A DNA stretch of 64,000 nt from an uncultured virus (IMG/VR IMGVR_UViG_3300032331_002637). Lineage: Duplodnaviria > Heunggongvirae > Uroviricota > Caudoviricetes. This document shows positions 9,701-19,922 of this stretch, piece after piece. The stretch's first letter is position 1; every line of letters starts with the position of its first letter. The notes beneath the pieces are model-generated. The model did not search any database. It was not told the origin of the DNA and saw only the letters and a list, made by a program, of their open reading frames with translations. The position numbers were made by a program, and so were the translations under genes. The stretch spans positions 1 to 64,000 of IMG/VR virus record IMGVR_UViG_3300032331_002637; one strand, given 5' to 3'.

Positions 9701-10639
9701 ATGGAAAATACATTTATCTTTACTGAAGCTTTTAATTGTGGAAAGATACTAGCGATTTGCCTAGAATCTTTTCATAGACACCACGATTTAAAAGTACATA
9801 TAATTGGTACATCTAGAGATTTCGAAGAAGCAGGTGATATCATAAATCATCCTAATAATGTTTTAATTAATTGGGATTCTAATGCAGCTGCAAAAGAAAA
9901 ATGGTCCACAGGTCACCAAGGAACTGCACTTGCTTTTGCAACTGCTATGAAAGGAAATATACATTCTGATAAATTTGTAATACATCTTGACTCTGATTGT
10001 TATTTTAAAGGCGAGTGTATATCCGATATAACTTCTATGCTAAATAACGGATATGATATAGTAGGTTCTCCTAGGCCTTATAAGAATAATCTAAGTGGGG
10101 TAAAGGGATTAGATAACACACCCGATTGTGTTTCTACATATTTAATGGGTGTAAATACACATAAGATACCTAATTATGATTTTGATATGTTTACAAGAAT
10201 GTGTGGAGGATGGGCTTCTCCTACTGGACATAGAGTTCTAGATTTCTTTGATCCTGTTACCCATGCAATAATAACAAACGGAGGAAGAATAGGATTTCTA
10301 GACACATACAAATATGGTGGTATAGATTTAAATGGATCTAAGAATAATGGATTTGAATCGAATCTTAATTTTGACTGTGGATCACATATTGCTCATTTTG
10401 GGGGGGTAGGATCAGGTAAAGCAGTTGCTGATAATTTATCTGAGCCACCAAAAGGATATGCTGATTGGGCTTATTACAGATGGAATTTTTTCTCGCATAT
10501 ATTCTTTAACACTGAAGCTTTAGAAAGCCCAGTAGCAGTATATTCATCACCCTCAGATCATCAAGGTAAAAGATGGTGTAACGGTGCAGCAGATTCTTCT
10601 ATAATAAATAACGCAAAAAAAGAACTTAATTTAAACTAA
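9701..10639 (+). CDS. Putative GT-A fold glycosyltransferase
   Basis: VIHLDSD DxD motif, HFGG; operon context. Confidence 0.5.
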   Translation: MENTFIFTEAFNCGKILAICLESFHRHHDLKVHIIGTSRDFEEAGDIINHPNNVLINWDSNAAAKEKWSTGHQGTALAFATAMKGNIHSDKFVIHLDSDCYFKGECISDITSMLNNGYDIVGSPRPYKNNLSGVKGLDNTPDCVSTYLMGVNTHKIPNYDFDMFTRMCGGWASPTGHRVLDFFDPVTHAIITNGGRIGFLDTYKYGGIDLNGSKNNGFESNLNFDCGSHIAHFGGVGSGKAVADNLSEPPKGYADWAYYRWNFFSHIFFNTEALESPVAVYSSPSDHQGKRWCNGAADSSIINNAKKELNLN

Positions 10640-10640
10640 A

Positions 10641-11444
10641 ATGATAAAGCCAATAGTACAGGATCTAATATTAAAAGGATGGGGTGTGGATCCTGATACA
10701 TATTTTGGAGAATATAATAAAAGAGTAGCTATAGAAATAGATCCTTTTCGTGATCCACATTGGATAAATGATGAGTCTTTATTTAAAGTAGTAGTTCAAG
10801 TTGAACCTCCGTCTGTAACTAATAAAGCAGTAGAACAGTATCTTGATGAGGAGGGAAATAAATTCGATCTTATTCTTACATATTATTCTTCTATTCTTAA
10901 ATCGAACAAGAAAGCTAAACTTTTTTATTTCGGTGACTCTTGGATAAAGAAGAAAAGCGAATCTATAGATAAAACAAGAAACGTTTCATTTGTAACATCT
11001 AACAAGAATTTTACTCCTGGGCATGCTGTAAGAATGAAGGTAGTTGATTCTCTTCACTTAGGATTAGCTAGATTTGATTTATATGGTAGGGGATTTAATC
11101 CTATAGAAAAAAAAGAAGAGGGACTTAATGACTATAAATTCTCTATAGTAATTGAGAATGAGTTTATGGAAAATTGGTTTACTGAAAAAATAGTCGATTG
11201 CTTTAGAACTAAAACAATCCCGATCTATAAAGGATGTCCTAATATTAAAGATTTCTATAATGAGAAAGGAATAATAAAATTTGATACTATGGAAGAACTT
11301 TACTCGATATTAAATGACATAAATTATAACGGGGATTCAATTTATGATTCGATGAGAGATTCAATGGAAAATAATTATAATAAATCATGGGCAGATCCTA
11401 CATTTAATGAAAGGGTAGAGATAGAGATAAAAAAATATTTATAG
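10641..11444 (+). CDS. GT10-like (alpha-1,3/4-fucosyltransferase-type) glycosyltransferase
   Basis: FVTSNK, DLYGRG, YKFSIVIEN...WFTEKIVDCF...IPIYKG. Confidence 0.85.
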   Translation: MIKPIVQDLILKGWGVDPDTYFGEYNKRVAIEIDPFRDPHWINDESLFKVVVQVEPPSVTNKAVEQYLDEEGNKFDLILTYYSSILKSNKKAKLFYFGDSWIKKKSESIDKTRNVSFVTSNKNFTPGHAVRMKVVDSLHLGLARFDLYGRGFNPIEKKEEGLNDYKFSIVIENEFMENWFTEKIVDCFRTKTIPIYKGCPNIKDFYNEKGIIKFDTMEELYSILNDINYNGDSIYDSMRDSMENNYNKSWADPTFNERVEIEIKKYL

Positions 11445-11456
11445 TGCGTTAATATC

Positions 11457-11993
11457 ATGAATAAGATTATAATTACAGATTTCGATGGAATTTTTACATC
11501 TCCGGGTTTTATTTACACAAAAGATGGAAAGATAGGTAAATTATTTTCACCTAATGACGGAGGAATTTATCATTTATTATTAGATAATTTAGAATATTTT
11601 GGATTATCGGATGTAATTATATTAACAGGTGAGGATAAATATGAGGGACTTGAAGTCACTGAAAAAAGACTAAGTGATCTTGGTCTTTTAAATAAGCTTA
11701 ATTTTTCCCCTGGTAAAGAAAAATATAATTGGATAAAATCTAGATATAAAATGAATGATGTAATATATTTTGGAGACGACCTTTATGATATAAATATTTT
11801 TAGCGAGTGCTTTTATTCTTGTACTCCTTTGCATTCACCGCTTATATTAAAACGAAATTCTTCTTATTCTTCTGGCTATAAAGGAGGAGAAGATGCTTTC
11901 ACTGACATGATCACACATGTTACAGAAGAAATTCTAAATAAGAGCATCACAGAAATAATAAATAAACAAAAAAAATATGATACTAAATCTTGA
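11457..11993 (+). CDS. kdsC: KdsC-like HAD phosphatase (Kdo-8-P phosphatase family)
   Basis: ITDFDGIFT, F..NDG, ILTG, YFGDDLYD, GGEDAF. Confidence 0.75.
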   Translation: MNKIIITDFDGIFTSPGFIYTKDGKIGKLFSPNDGGIYHLLLDNLEYFGLSDVIILTGEDKYEGLEVTEKRLSDLGLLNKLNFSPGKEKYNWIKSRYKMNDVIYFGDDLYDINIFSECFYSCTPLHSPLILKRNSSYSSGYKGGEDAFTDMITHVTEEILNKSITEIINKQKKYDTKS

Positions 11994-12585
11994 AAACATA
12001 GAAAGTAAATTTAATAATTTACTAAAATCTCCGGAATATAAAGAATTTATTAAGCAGATAAAAGAAGCAAAGAACATATACCTTGTTGGCAATGGAGGTC
12101 TTTGGTCAACAGCAAACCATGCTGCAGATGATTGCAATAGATTACTTACTAAAGCAGGAATTAATAAGATGTTTATTTCTATGGACAGTCAATGTCTAAT
12201 TACATCCGTAGCAAATGATTATGGGTACAACAATATATTTGTTAGATGGCTAGAACTTTTGAAAAAAAATAACACTAAATCATCAGAAACTATGGTTATA
12301 GGTTTATCCTGTTCTGGTACATCAAAAAATGTCATATCAGCTTTGCATTGGGGTAAAGAGAATGGATATAAGACATGTTTAATTTCTGGTCAGAAATCTG
12401 CAGTTATACCCGAAGATATGTTAGAGGTTTGTTTTGATACTGAATTTTTTCACACAACAGAAGTTTTATCTCTTATATTATTTTACCAAATAATCATTGA
12501 ATGTGGAGCTTCCTGTCCATCAATAAAAGAAGAAATTATAAGAAAAGGTGCTTCACAGCCATTAACAAGGCCTACAGACGAATAA
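11977..12585 (+). CDS. gmhA: GmhA-like SIS sugar-phosphate isomerase
   Basis: LVGNGG..STANHAADD, ITSVANDYGYNNIF, GLSCSGTSKNV. Confidence 0.75.
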   Translation: MILNLENIESKFNNLLKSPEYKEFIKQIKEAKNIYLVGNGGLWSTANHAADDCNRLLTKAGINKMFISMDSQCLITSVANDYGYNNIFVRWLELLKKNNTKSSETMVIGLSCSGTSKNVISALHWGKENGYKTCLISGQKSAVIPEDMLEVCFDTEFFHTTEVLSLILFYQIIIECGASCPSIKEEIIRKGASQPLTRPTDE

Positions 12586-13421
12586 TGTCATCTAAACAAT
12601 TTTCTGATATAATAGATAAAGAGAAAGGTAAGATTGGGCTAGTAATGGGATTAGGTCCTAGCTTAAAATTTGCTATACCCTATATAAAAAAACTTAAGAA
12701 TAAAAAAATTTCTAAAATATCATGCAACAATATAGATGTAATGTGTGATATTAAAATTAATTACTGGATACTTGCCCAGCCGACTGATTATCAGAATCCT
12801 TTACATATACCACTAGCTAAAGAAAGATATAATAAAATGGGTGCTACATTTCTTTATACTGATTGTCTCGATTTAACACCAAGAGATGAGGTTAAAGAAA
12901 TGTTAAATTCTATAGATTATATAGGATATGATCAAAGGCATATTAATTCCGAAAAATGTGGATGGTTAGATGTTCACGGAAGACCACCTTCCTGTTGTAA
13001 TGGTATTATAGATGGAAGACTTTGTATACAAGAAGAATTTCAAAAATATACTGGAAGTGATTATAAATACGGTGCTGGTGATACTGTTGGTGTTCATATG
13101 GTTGCTTTAGCTGTTATGTTAGGATTAAATCCTATCTACATATCAGGTATAGATTTAGATTATACTAATGGATATTTTAATAATGACTTTGAAGGTGAAG
13201 ATGGAACCAAAAAATTAGGAATGAGAATAGGTGAAAGAATAAAAATGGGAATGGATAGTATAAATAACTCTCCAGACATGGTAGACAGAATAATAATAGA
13301 CCTAACAATAATTAATGAATCTGCTAAAAAAATTGGTATTAAAATATATAATACAAGCAAAGAATCAAGACTCAGCGAGGTCTTTGATTATTTTGATATA
13401 AGTAAACTTTTAATAAAATAA
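12585..13421 (+). CDS. GT42 (CstII)/Maf-like ulosonic-acid transferase (start revised to 12585)
   Basis: MGLGPSL, SCN, GVHMVALAVMLGLNPIYISGIDLDY, matching CstII GNGPSL and GVYMCAVAIALGYKEIYLSGIDFY; ATG overlaps the upstream TAA. Confidence 0.72.
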   Translation: MSSKQFSDIIDKEKGKIGLVMGLGPSLKFAIPYIKKLKNKKISKISCNNIDVMCDIKINYWILAQPTDYQNPLHIPLAKERYNKMGATFLYTDCLDLTPRDEVKEMLNSIDYIGYDQRHINSEKCGWLDVHGRPPSCCNGIIDGRLCIQEEFQKYTGSDYKYGAGDTVGVHMVALAVMLGLNPIYISGIDLDYTNGYFNNDFEGEDGTKKLGMRIGERIKMGMDSINNSPDMVDRIIIDLTIINESAKKIGIKIYNTSKESRLSEVFDYFDISKLLIK

Positions 13422-13425
13422 GGGT

Positions 13426-14202
13426 ATGAGTAATTATCCTGAATGGGATTCATCCGCAGTAAATCCTGATATTTATATAGAAAAATATACCGATTACGTA
13501 AAAACTTCTGAGCTCCGAGAAATATTAGACGGAAAAACAGTAGCTATAGTTGGACCTTCATCTCATATATATGGACAAAATCTTGGTAATTATATAGACT
13601 CATTCGATGTTGTAGTGAGAGTGGGATTTTTAGAAGAACCTACAGAAATAGCTATGAAAGACTACGGTAGTAGAACCGATATAATAATACATTCATTTAA
13701 CTCATTTGAAATACCAGTTGCTTCCAGAAATATAGGTTACCTTTCTAAGTGTAAGCACATTATATGTGGAATGGTTTCTAGTGATTTTATAGATGACCAT
13801 AAATCTTTTTTTGATTCTTTAAGAGCAATAGGTATTAAAGTACAAAATGTAGACGATAGCTATTTATACGGATTTTTTAGAAGTGTTGGAACAATATGTA
13901 ATCTAGGAACAGTAGGAATAGAAATTATTCTTAAGTATGAAATTAAATCTCTTTTTGTTACTGGTATAAACTTCTATAACATGGGAAAATACGGTAAGGT
14001 ATACAACGAGGAATATTTCAATGTTGTTTCATCTAAAATGGGAGTTTACAAGAATGAACTTAATGGAATAGTTACTGGTATTTCAGCAAGATCTGATTTG
14101 CATTCGCAGAAACCTCAGATAGAGCATTTTAAATCAGTAGCTAGATCTGATGATAGAGTATTGTTGGATAAATATTTAGAAAATAATTTATTCGTTTCTT
14201 GA
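13426..14202 (+). CDS. GT29-like sialyltransferase-fold protein
   Basis: Sialylmotif-L-like VAIVGPSSHIYGQNLGNYIDSFDVVVRV...DYGSRTD; S-like LGTVGIEIIL...LFVTGINFY; late His (HSQKPQIE). Confidence 0.8.
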   Translation: MSNYPEWDSSAVNPDIYIEKYTDYVKTSELREILDGKTVAIVGPSSHIYGQNLGNYIDSFDVVVRVGFLEEPTEIAMKDYGSRTDIIIHSFNSFEIPVASRNIGYLSKCKHIICGMVSSDFIDDHKSFFDSLRAIGIKVQNVDDSYLYGFFRSVGTICNLGTVGIEIILKYEIKSLFVTGINFYNMGKYGKVYNEEYFNVVSSKMGVYKNELNGIVTGISARSDLHSQKPQIEHFKSVARSDDRVLLDKYLENNLFVS

Positions 14203-14787
14203 TCCTCCCCACCATACTAATTCATAATGAAATTTTGTATTGAATCCTAATTTATTTAGATCCTTTATAATTCTGTACATATATCCTTTTTTAATCCCCT
14301 TGTTTCTGTGGAATTGTATTTGTATATTTTGTACAAGGTCTAGACATTTATTTTCTATAAGATAAGGTACTAGGTCATATTCGTATCCTTCAATATTGAT
14401 CATTAGTACTGCTATTCTTTGATCTTTTATAAAATCTTTTGCGTCTTTGATTAATATTACTTCTTCACCTTCATTTGATATTGATGATCCATCTTCATCT
14501 AGATTTATTTTATTCTCTTTATTCTCTAGTCCTAATGCAAAATTGTGCACCTTAATTTTTTCTGGAAATACCACATACTCTATGAAGCTTTTTATTGGCT
14601 CGAATCCTATTCCATTACATCCATATTTATTGTACATATCAATAAGCCATTGACCTTTGTATGCACCAATATCTACTATTAGATCATCTGGACCTAAATT
14701 GTAATTCCTTAAATGATTCTGATCTCCCGAATCTCCGAACCATCTCTCAATGGTGCTTCTAAATTCGTTATCCTGTTTTGTACTCAT
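14188..14787 (-). CDS. FkbM-family methyltransferase
   Basis: VDIGAYKG, FEP, NFALG, INIEGYEY, IQIQFH. Confidence 0.88.
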   Translation of the reverse strand: MSTKQDNEFRSTIERWFGDSGDQNHLRNYNLGPDDLIVDIGAYKGQWLIDMYNKYGCNGIGFEPIKSFIEYVVFPEKIKVHNFALGLENKENKINLDEDGSSISNEGEEVILIKDAKDFIKDQRIAVLMINIEGYEYDLVPYLIENKCLDLVQNIQIQFHRNKGIKKGYMYRIIKDLNKLGFNTKFHYELVWWGGSRNE

Positions 14788-15932
14788 AGAATAGATTTTT
14801 TTATAATTTCTAAAGCTTCTTTAACCTCTTCGTCTTTTACTGCTAAATTTGGCCTAATTCTAATTGATGTATCGCCTGCAGAATTAACAAGTAATCCATT
14901 GTTTTTAGATCTAATGATAAAAGAATTTCTTTGTTCTTGATTTTTAAAATCGAAAGCTACCAACAGCCCACAAGATCTAACATTCATTAGACCAATTTCT
15001 TCTAGTCCTGTGTGTAATTTATATCCTTGTTTTATAGCATTACCTTTAAGATCTTTTTCTTTAATTGCTTTAATTATGTATGTGGACCTAATCATATCAA
15101 TAATATCACCATCCCATGTTACACAATATCTTGAAGGGTCTATAACTTTATCTGATATCTTTTGTATAGCCATTGCGCCAGATACCTGTGATTTTTTACC
15201 AAATATTAAAATATCTGGTTTATATCCATTATTTTCAAAGTACCACGTTTTACCCGAAGTACAAAATCCTGTTTGTATCTCATCATAAATAAGAGGTATA
15301 TCATATTTGTCTGCTATTTCTCTTAGTCCTTTAAAAAAACTCAAAGAATAATAAATGTCACCGTTTGTACATTGTATAGGCTCGAATAATATAGCAGATA
15401 TAGAAGGGTCTTTTTTAATTGAGTATTCTAAATCAACAAGGTCATTAAACTTTGGCCATACATTATCTCCTGGAAATCCGTTAAGTCTTTCGTAAACTCC
15501 TCCTTCTCTACCAGTTACTATATTTCCGTACGATGTTATTCCGTGAAAGCTTTTATTGTGGGATATTACCTTTGGGTTTTTTTTATCTGAATATTCAAAT
15601 GCCATCTTTACCGCATGTTCAACTGCAAGTGATCCAGTGCAAGTAAAATGCGGATTTTTAAAAATACTAAATGAAGAAAATTCCATAAAATCTTTTTCAA
15701 AAATTTCCCTTTCATCCGATGTATGCTCACAATTTGTTACTCTAATACCTGCCCATTTATTTACTGATTCTAAAAATTCTGGCCTCTTAAATACTTCATG
15801 ATTATATCCTAAAGCAAGTGAAGAATACATTGACATAAAATCTAAATAATTCTTTCCATCTAACTGATTATGTAAATAGCTATCCTGTGATTTTTTAGGA
15901 TCTATTTTTAAGTTGTATATGCTGTTTATCAT
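14784..15932 (-). CDS. Class III PLP aminotransferase (lysine-6-aminotransferase-like)
   Basis: YLDFMSMYSSLALGYNH, TGSLAVEHAVK, SFHG, EPIQ, DEIQTG, FGKKSQ, IRIRPNL. Confidence 0.9.
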   Translation of the reverse strand: MINSIYNLKIDPKKSQDSYLHNQLDGKNYLDFMSMYSSLALGYNHEVFKRPEFLESVNKWAGIRVTNCEHTSDEREIFEKDFMEFSSFSIFKNPHFTCTGSLAVEHAVKMAFEYSDKKNPKVISHNKSFHGITSYGNIVTGREGGVYERLNGFPGDNVWPKFNDLVDLEYSIKKDPSISAILFEPIQCTNGDIYYSLSFFKGLREIADKYDIPLIYDEIQTGFCTSGKTWYFENNGYKPDILIFGKKSQVSGAMAIQKISDKVIDPSRYCVTWDGDIIDMIRSTYIIKAIKEKDLKGNAIKQGYKLHTGLEEIGLMNVRSCGLLVAFDFKNQEQRNSFIIRSKNNGLLVNSAGDTSIRIRPNLAVKDEEVKEALEIIKKSIL

Positions 15933-17047
15933 ATTTTTGTAATATCACCCGTGTATATGTGATCAACATCTTCTCTAGAAACTGCTAATCTGATAGCTGG
16001 CACATTCCCTGTAGCCTCTATTCTATGAATTCTATTTTTTTCTATAAAAACTATATCGCCTTCTTTAACATGTTTATTTACCCCCTCTATTTCAAATATC
16101 CATTCGCCTTTAATAATTAGCCACCATTCGTTCCAATCTGCATGATAATGTCTTCTATTACCTTCTCCTGGATTTTGACATATTAGACAAGCGCTGTTGC
16201 TTTCAGTATTTACTAATCTTTTACTCCATGATTTTTGGTCCATTGAATTTATAACATCATATATGTTTAAAATCTCTTTATTCGAATCATTTAAATCGTT
16301 ATATTCTACACCATCTTTAGCCAATATACTAGGAACGTCATTTTCTTTATGAAAATCTATAGAATCTTTTTCTTTCCTTTGTATATGTTCTGCTATTATT
16401 TCTGCAATATTAAAATCTTCTTCGTTGTCAATGTCGACTGTTGAAAATCCTTTTAATTCAAAAGTGTCCTTTGGATAATCTCCCCCGTGATATGCAGCTC
16501 CATACATTTTCATGTTTTTCTTGTATTCTTCTGTGGTCCATGCCATTAATGAACATGCATAAGCTTTTATGGGTTCTAAATCTTGTGAAGGTGGTGTTAT
16601 CTTAGTGGGATCAAAGTTAATAGGATTATCTTTATAAATAGATTCTATTTGTACATTTTTAACTGATATTAATGTATTAACATCTCCTTTTTTAATTCTT
16701 TCGACAAATGCTATTATTTCTTCCGGGGTAATAAAAGGTGAAGTTGGTAATATTTGAACTAAAATATCACAATCTACTTTATAAATAAACTCTTGAGCAA
16801 AATGATCATTTGTAGCATCATCGCTTGAGAGATGCTCTGGCCTTTTATGAAATTTTATACCGCTTTTTTCTGCAATTTCTTTGAATATATCAGACTCTGA
16901 ATTTATGTATATTTCATCAAAAACACCGGATGCTTTAACTGCATCAATTGGATATTGAATTAGTTTTTTGCCTAATATCTTTCTAAGATTTTTTTTAGGA
17001 ACTCTTTTGCTACCCATTCTTGCGGGAATCATTGCTACTATTTTCAT
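15929..17047 (-). CDS. NeuA-type acylneuraminate/Kdo cytidylyltransferase fused to a C-terminal cupin
   Basis: IPARMGSKRVPKKN, LPTSPF, VDIDNEEDF; cupin HYHADWNEWWLIIKG...GDIVFIEKNRIHRI. Confidence 0.9.
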   Translation of the reverse strand: MKIVAMIPARMGSKRVPKKNLRKILGKKLIQYPIDAVKASGVFDEIYINSESDIFKEIAEKSGIKFHKRPEHLSSDDATNDHFAQEFIYKVDCDILVQILPTSPFITPEEIIAFVERIKKGDVNTLISVKNVQIESIYKDNPINFDPTKITPPSQDLEPIKAYACSLMAWTTEEYKKNMKMYGAAYHGGDYPKDTFELKGFSTVDIDNEEDFNIAEIIAEHIQRKEKDSIDFHKENDVPSILAKDGVEYNDLNDSNKEILNIYDVINSMDQKSWSKRLVNTESNSACLICQNPGEGNRRHYHADWNEWWLIIKGEWIFEIEGVNKHVKEGDIVFIEKNRIHRIEATGNVPAIRLAVSREDVDHIYTGDITKI

Positions 17048-17064
17048 ATGTAAGTAATTTAGTT

Positions 17065-17107
17065 TATATATTTTACTCGAAACCTATATGATTATTTCAT
17101 GTATAAT
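17065..17107. promoter_or_regulatory. Divergent promoter region inside the glycan island
   Basis: AATATATA on minus (17072..17065); GAAAC(17079)-N18-TATAAT(17102) on plus. Confidence 0.55.
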
Positions 17108-17122
17108 AATAAAAAAAATAAT

Positions 17123-17752
17123 ATGAACTTAAATAAACAAGAAGATGAGTACAACTGGAAAAATTACACTCCGGAATATTCCGATCAATTAATAGGAATG
17201 GTTAAAAACGAGGGTTTTGATTTTTTTGTAAAAAACTACGAAATAATTAACGACAGCCCAGTTTTTCATGATAATTTAGTTAGTAACTGGAAAGAAATAT
17301 ACTCTCTTATTTATAAAATAAATCCTAAGAGTATTTTTGAATTCGGGTGTGGTGCTTGTTATCATTTAAGAAATATTATGACATTATGCCCTGATATTAA
17401 AGTTTCTGGAGCGGATTATCTAGGAACACAGATAGAATTCGGTAAAGAATTTATTCCAGAGGGTATGGAATTTCCTAAAAATGTATCTGTTAGAGATTTA
17501 ACAGAAGATGTATCAGATATACCTAAAGCAGAATTAGTCTATTCACAAGCAGTAGTTATGCACTTAAACTCAGAGAAGGCTGTAAAAATGATGCAGAACA
17601 TGGGTGAGGTAGCAGAAAAATATATAATAATGGTTGAGGGCGTAAGGAATCACGAGAATTGGTATGAGCTTGTTAATTATGCTTTACCAGATTGGAAAAT
17701 GACTTTAACTAATAATTACATTGATTACGGTATAATATTAGAAAGAAAATGA
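17123..17752 (+). CDS. Class I SAM-dependent methyltransferase (start probably 17123)
   Basis: IFEFGCGACYHL, GAD, YSQAVVMHL; the 17099 ATG lies within the putative promoter. Confidence 0.8.
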   Translation: MNLNKQEDEYNWKNYTPEYSDQLIGMVKNEGFDFFVKNYEIINDSPVFHDNLVSNWKEIYSLIYKINPKSIFEFGCGACYHLRNIMTLCPDIKVSGADYLGTQIEFGKEFIPEGMEFPKNVSVRDLTEDVSDIPKAELVYSQAVVMHLNSEKAVKMMQNMGEVAEKYIIMVEGVRNHENWYELVNYALPDWKMTLTNNYIDYGIILERK

Positions 17753-18918
17753 AAAATGTAAAATTGGTATCAGACACAATATCAAAAAATGATATAGAAA
17801 AACTAGTGACGTGGATGTCACAAGATGATATACCACAATTAACAAAAGGTCCTTTAACAATAAAATTTCAGAATGACTTCTCTAATTTTTTAGGTGAAGA
17901 TTTAAGAAGCTGTTTTATTAATTCGGGATCATCTGCTATTCTTTTATCTCTTCTTGCTCTTAAGATAAAGAACAATATAAAAAAAGTTGTTGTACCTTCA
18001 GTTTCTTGGGCAACGGATTTAAGCAGTCCTATGGTTCTTGGATTAGAAACTATATTGTGTGATTGTAACTTACAAGATCTATCATTAGATCTGGACAAAT
18101 TAGAAAAAATCTTTCAGGAAGAAAGTCCAGAGGTTTGTATATTAGTTTCTGTATTAGGATTAGTGCCTGATATGGAGCGTATAATGAGTCTTTGTAAGAA
18201 ATATAGCGTTATTCTTTTGGAAGATGTTTGCGAGAGCTTAGGATCAAAATATAAAGGTGATTACCTTGGAACTTTTGGTCTTATGTCATTCTTTTCTTTC
18301 TATTATGGTCATCATATAAGTACCATAGAGGGAGGAATGATTACAACAGAAGATAAAAACATGCATGATATTTTAGTTTCTATACGTAATCATGGATGGG
18401 ATAGAGATTGGAGTGAGGATCTAAAAAAAGAATATCGAGAGAAATACGGAATTGATTCTTTTTCTAGCATGTATGCTTTCTATTTTCCTGGACTAAATCT
18501 CAGATCTACTGATCTTCAAGCATTCCTAGGAATAAATCAGATAGAAAAAATAGAACCTTTTTCCTCAGTTAGAAATAGAAACTTTCTTAAATATTCGGAA
18601 CTTATAAAAGAAAACTATTTGAACGTTAATCAGAGAGATGGCGATTTCGTTTCTAATTTCGCTTATCCTGTAGTACACTCAGAAAGAGCTTCAATCATTG
18701 CTAAGATTAAAGAGCATAATATAGAAGTTAGACCTCTTATTGCAGGATCTATGGCTAAGCAACCATTTGCAACAGGGGTTAATAAAAAATATGGAACTGG
18801 TAATTCTGATATAATTCACGAGAAAGGATTTTATTTACCTAATCACCAGGATTTATCTTTAGAGCAGGTTGAGTTCATTGCATCTTTGGTTAATTCAGAA
18901 AAAAATAATTTAAAATGA
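17749..18918 (+). CDS. colD: DegT/DnrJ family, ColD-like GDP-4-keto-6-deoxymannose 3-dehydratase
   Basis: [37 protein letters not shown] (His at the usual Schiff-base Lys position), RNHGW, RPLIAG; no Fe-S Cys cluster. Confidence 0.8.
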   Translation: MKNVKLVSDTISKNDIEKLVTWMSQDDIPQLTKGPLTIKFQNDFSNFLGEDLRSCFINSGSSAILLSLLALKIKNNIKKVVVPSVSWATDLSSPMVLGLETILCDCNLQDLSLDLDKLEKIFQEESPEVCILVSVLGLVPDMERIMSLCKKYSVILLEDVCESLGSKYKGDYLGTFGLMSFFSFYYGHHISTIEGGMITTEDKNMHDILVSIRNHGWDRDWSEDLKKEYREKYGIDSFSSMYAFYFPGLNLRSTDLQAFLGINQIEKIEPFSSVRNRNFLKYSELIKENYLNVNQRDGDFVSNFAYPVVHSERASIIAKIKEHNIEVRPLIAGSMAKQPFATGVNKKYGTGNSDIIHEKGFYLPNHQDLSLEQVEFIASLVNSEKNNLK

Positions 18919-19922
18919 AAAAAGCTATAATAACAGGAGTTAACGGGCAAGACGGAAGTTATCTTGCTGAACTCCTTCTCGATAAAGGATATGAAGTACA
19001 CGGTACTATTAGAAGATCCTCATCTTTTAATACATGGAGAATAGATCATATTAGATCTCATGAAAATTTTCATTGGCACTATGCTGATGTTACAGATCCT
19101 GTATCTATTAGTAACCTTATATCTAGAATAAAGCCAGAAGAATTTTATAATTTAGCTGCTCAAAGCCATGTTAAAATTTCTTTTGAAATTCCTTACTATA
19201 CAGGACAAGTTGATGCTATAGGAACACTTAATGTACTTGAAGCAATAAGAACGCATTCGCCAATTACTAAGCTTTATCAAGCATCAACATCAGAACTTTA
19301 TGGAAAAGTTCAAGAAATACCACAGAATGAAAATACACCTTTTTATCCAAGAAGCCCTTATGGAGTTGCTAAGCTTTATGGATTTTGGATAATAAAAAAC
19401 TACAGAGAAGCATACGACATATTTGCATGCAACGGAATTCTTTTTAATCACACATCGCCAAGAAGAGGAGAAAACTTTATGGAGAAAAAGATTGTAGATT
19501 CTCTTGTAGCTATTCACAAAGGGGGTAAAGAAATTCTTAAGCTTGGGAATCTTGATGCTAAAAGGGATATTGGTCATGCTAAAGAATATGTTGAAGGCAT
19601 GTGGAGAATGCTTCAACAAGAAACCCCCGAAGATTTTGTTCTTGCTACTGGTATGTGTTTTTCTGTAAGAGAAATAGTTGAAACCGTTTATCAAATTTTA
19701 GGTAATAAAATAAGATGGGAAGGGGAAGGACTAGAAGAAAAAGGTTTAGATGTGGAAACTGGAAAAATCGTAGTTTCTATAGACCCTAAATATTTTAGAC
19801 CTTCGGAGGTTGATCTACTAATTGGTAATCCTAAAAAAGCTAAAGATATTCTTGGGTGGGAAAGTAATAGCACAATTGGGGGAATTTTAGAAGAGATGGT
19901 TAACGAGCAAATCAAAAAATAA
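18915..19922 (+). CDS. gmd: GDP-mannose 4,6-dehydratase
   Basis: [61 protein letters not shown]. Confidence 0.97.
   Translation: MKKAIITGVNGQDGSYLAELLLDKGYEVHGTIRRSSSFNTWRIDHIRSHENFHWHYADVTDPVSISNLISRIKPEEFYNLAAQSHVKISFEIPYYTGQVDAIGTLNVLEAIRTHSPITKLYQASTSELYGKVQEIPQNENTPFYPRSPYGVAKLYGFWIIKNYREAYDIFACNGILFNHTSPRRGENFMEKKIVDSLVAIHKGGKEILKLGNLDAKRDIGHAKEYVEGMWRMLQQETPEDFVLATGMCFSVREIVETVYQILGNKIRWEGEGLEEKGLDVETGKIVVSIDPKYFRPSEVDLLIGNPKKAKDILGWESNSTIGGILEEMVNEQIKK

Noticed and set aside
12501..12584. Track start of the GT42-like gene
   Set aside because: Overlaps gmhA by 85 nt; ATG at 12585 coupled to the upstream stop is more plausible
17749..18918. Perosamine synthase call for the DegT-family gene next to gmd
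   Set aside because: The catalytic Lys position is His (GHH), which fits the ColD/E1 dehydratase type
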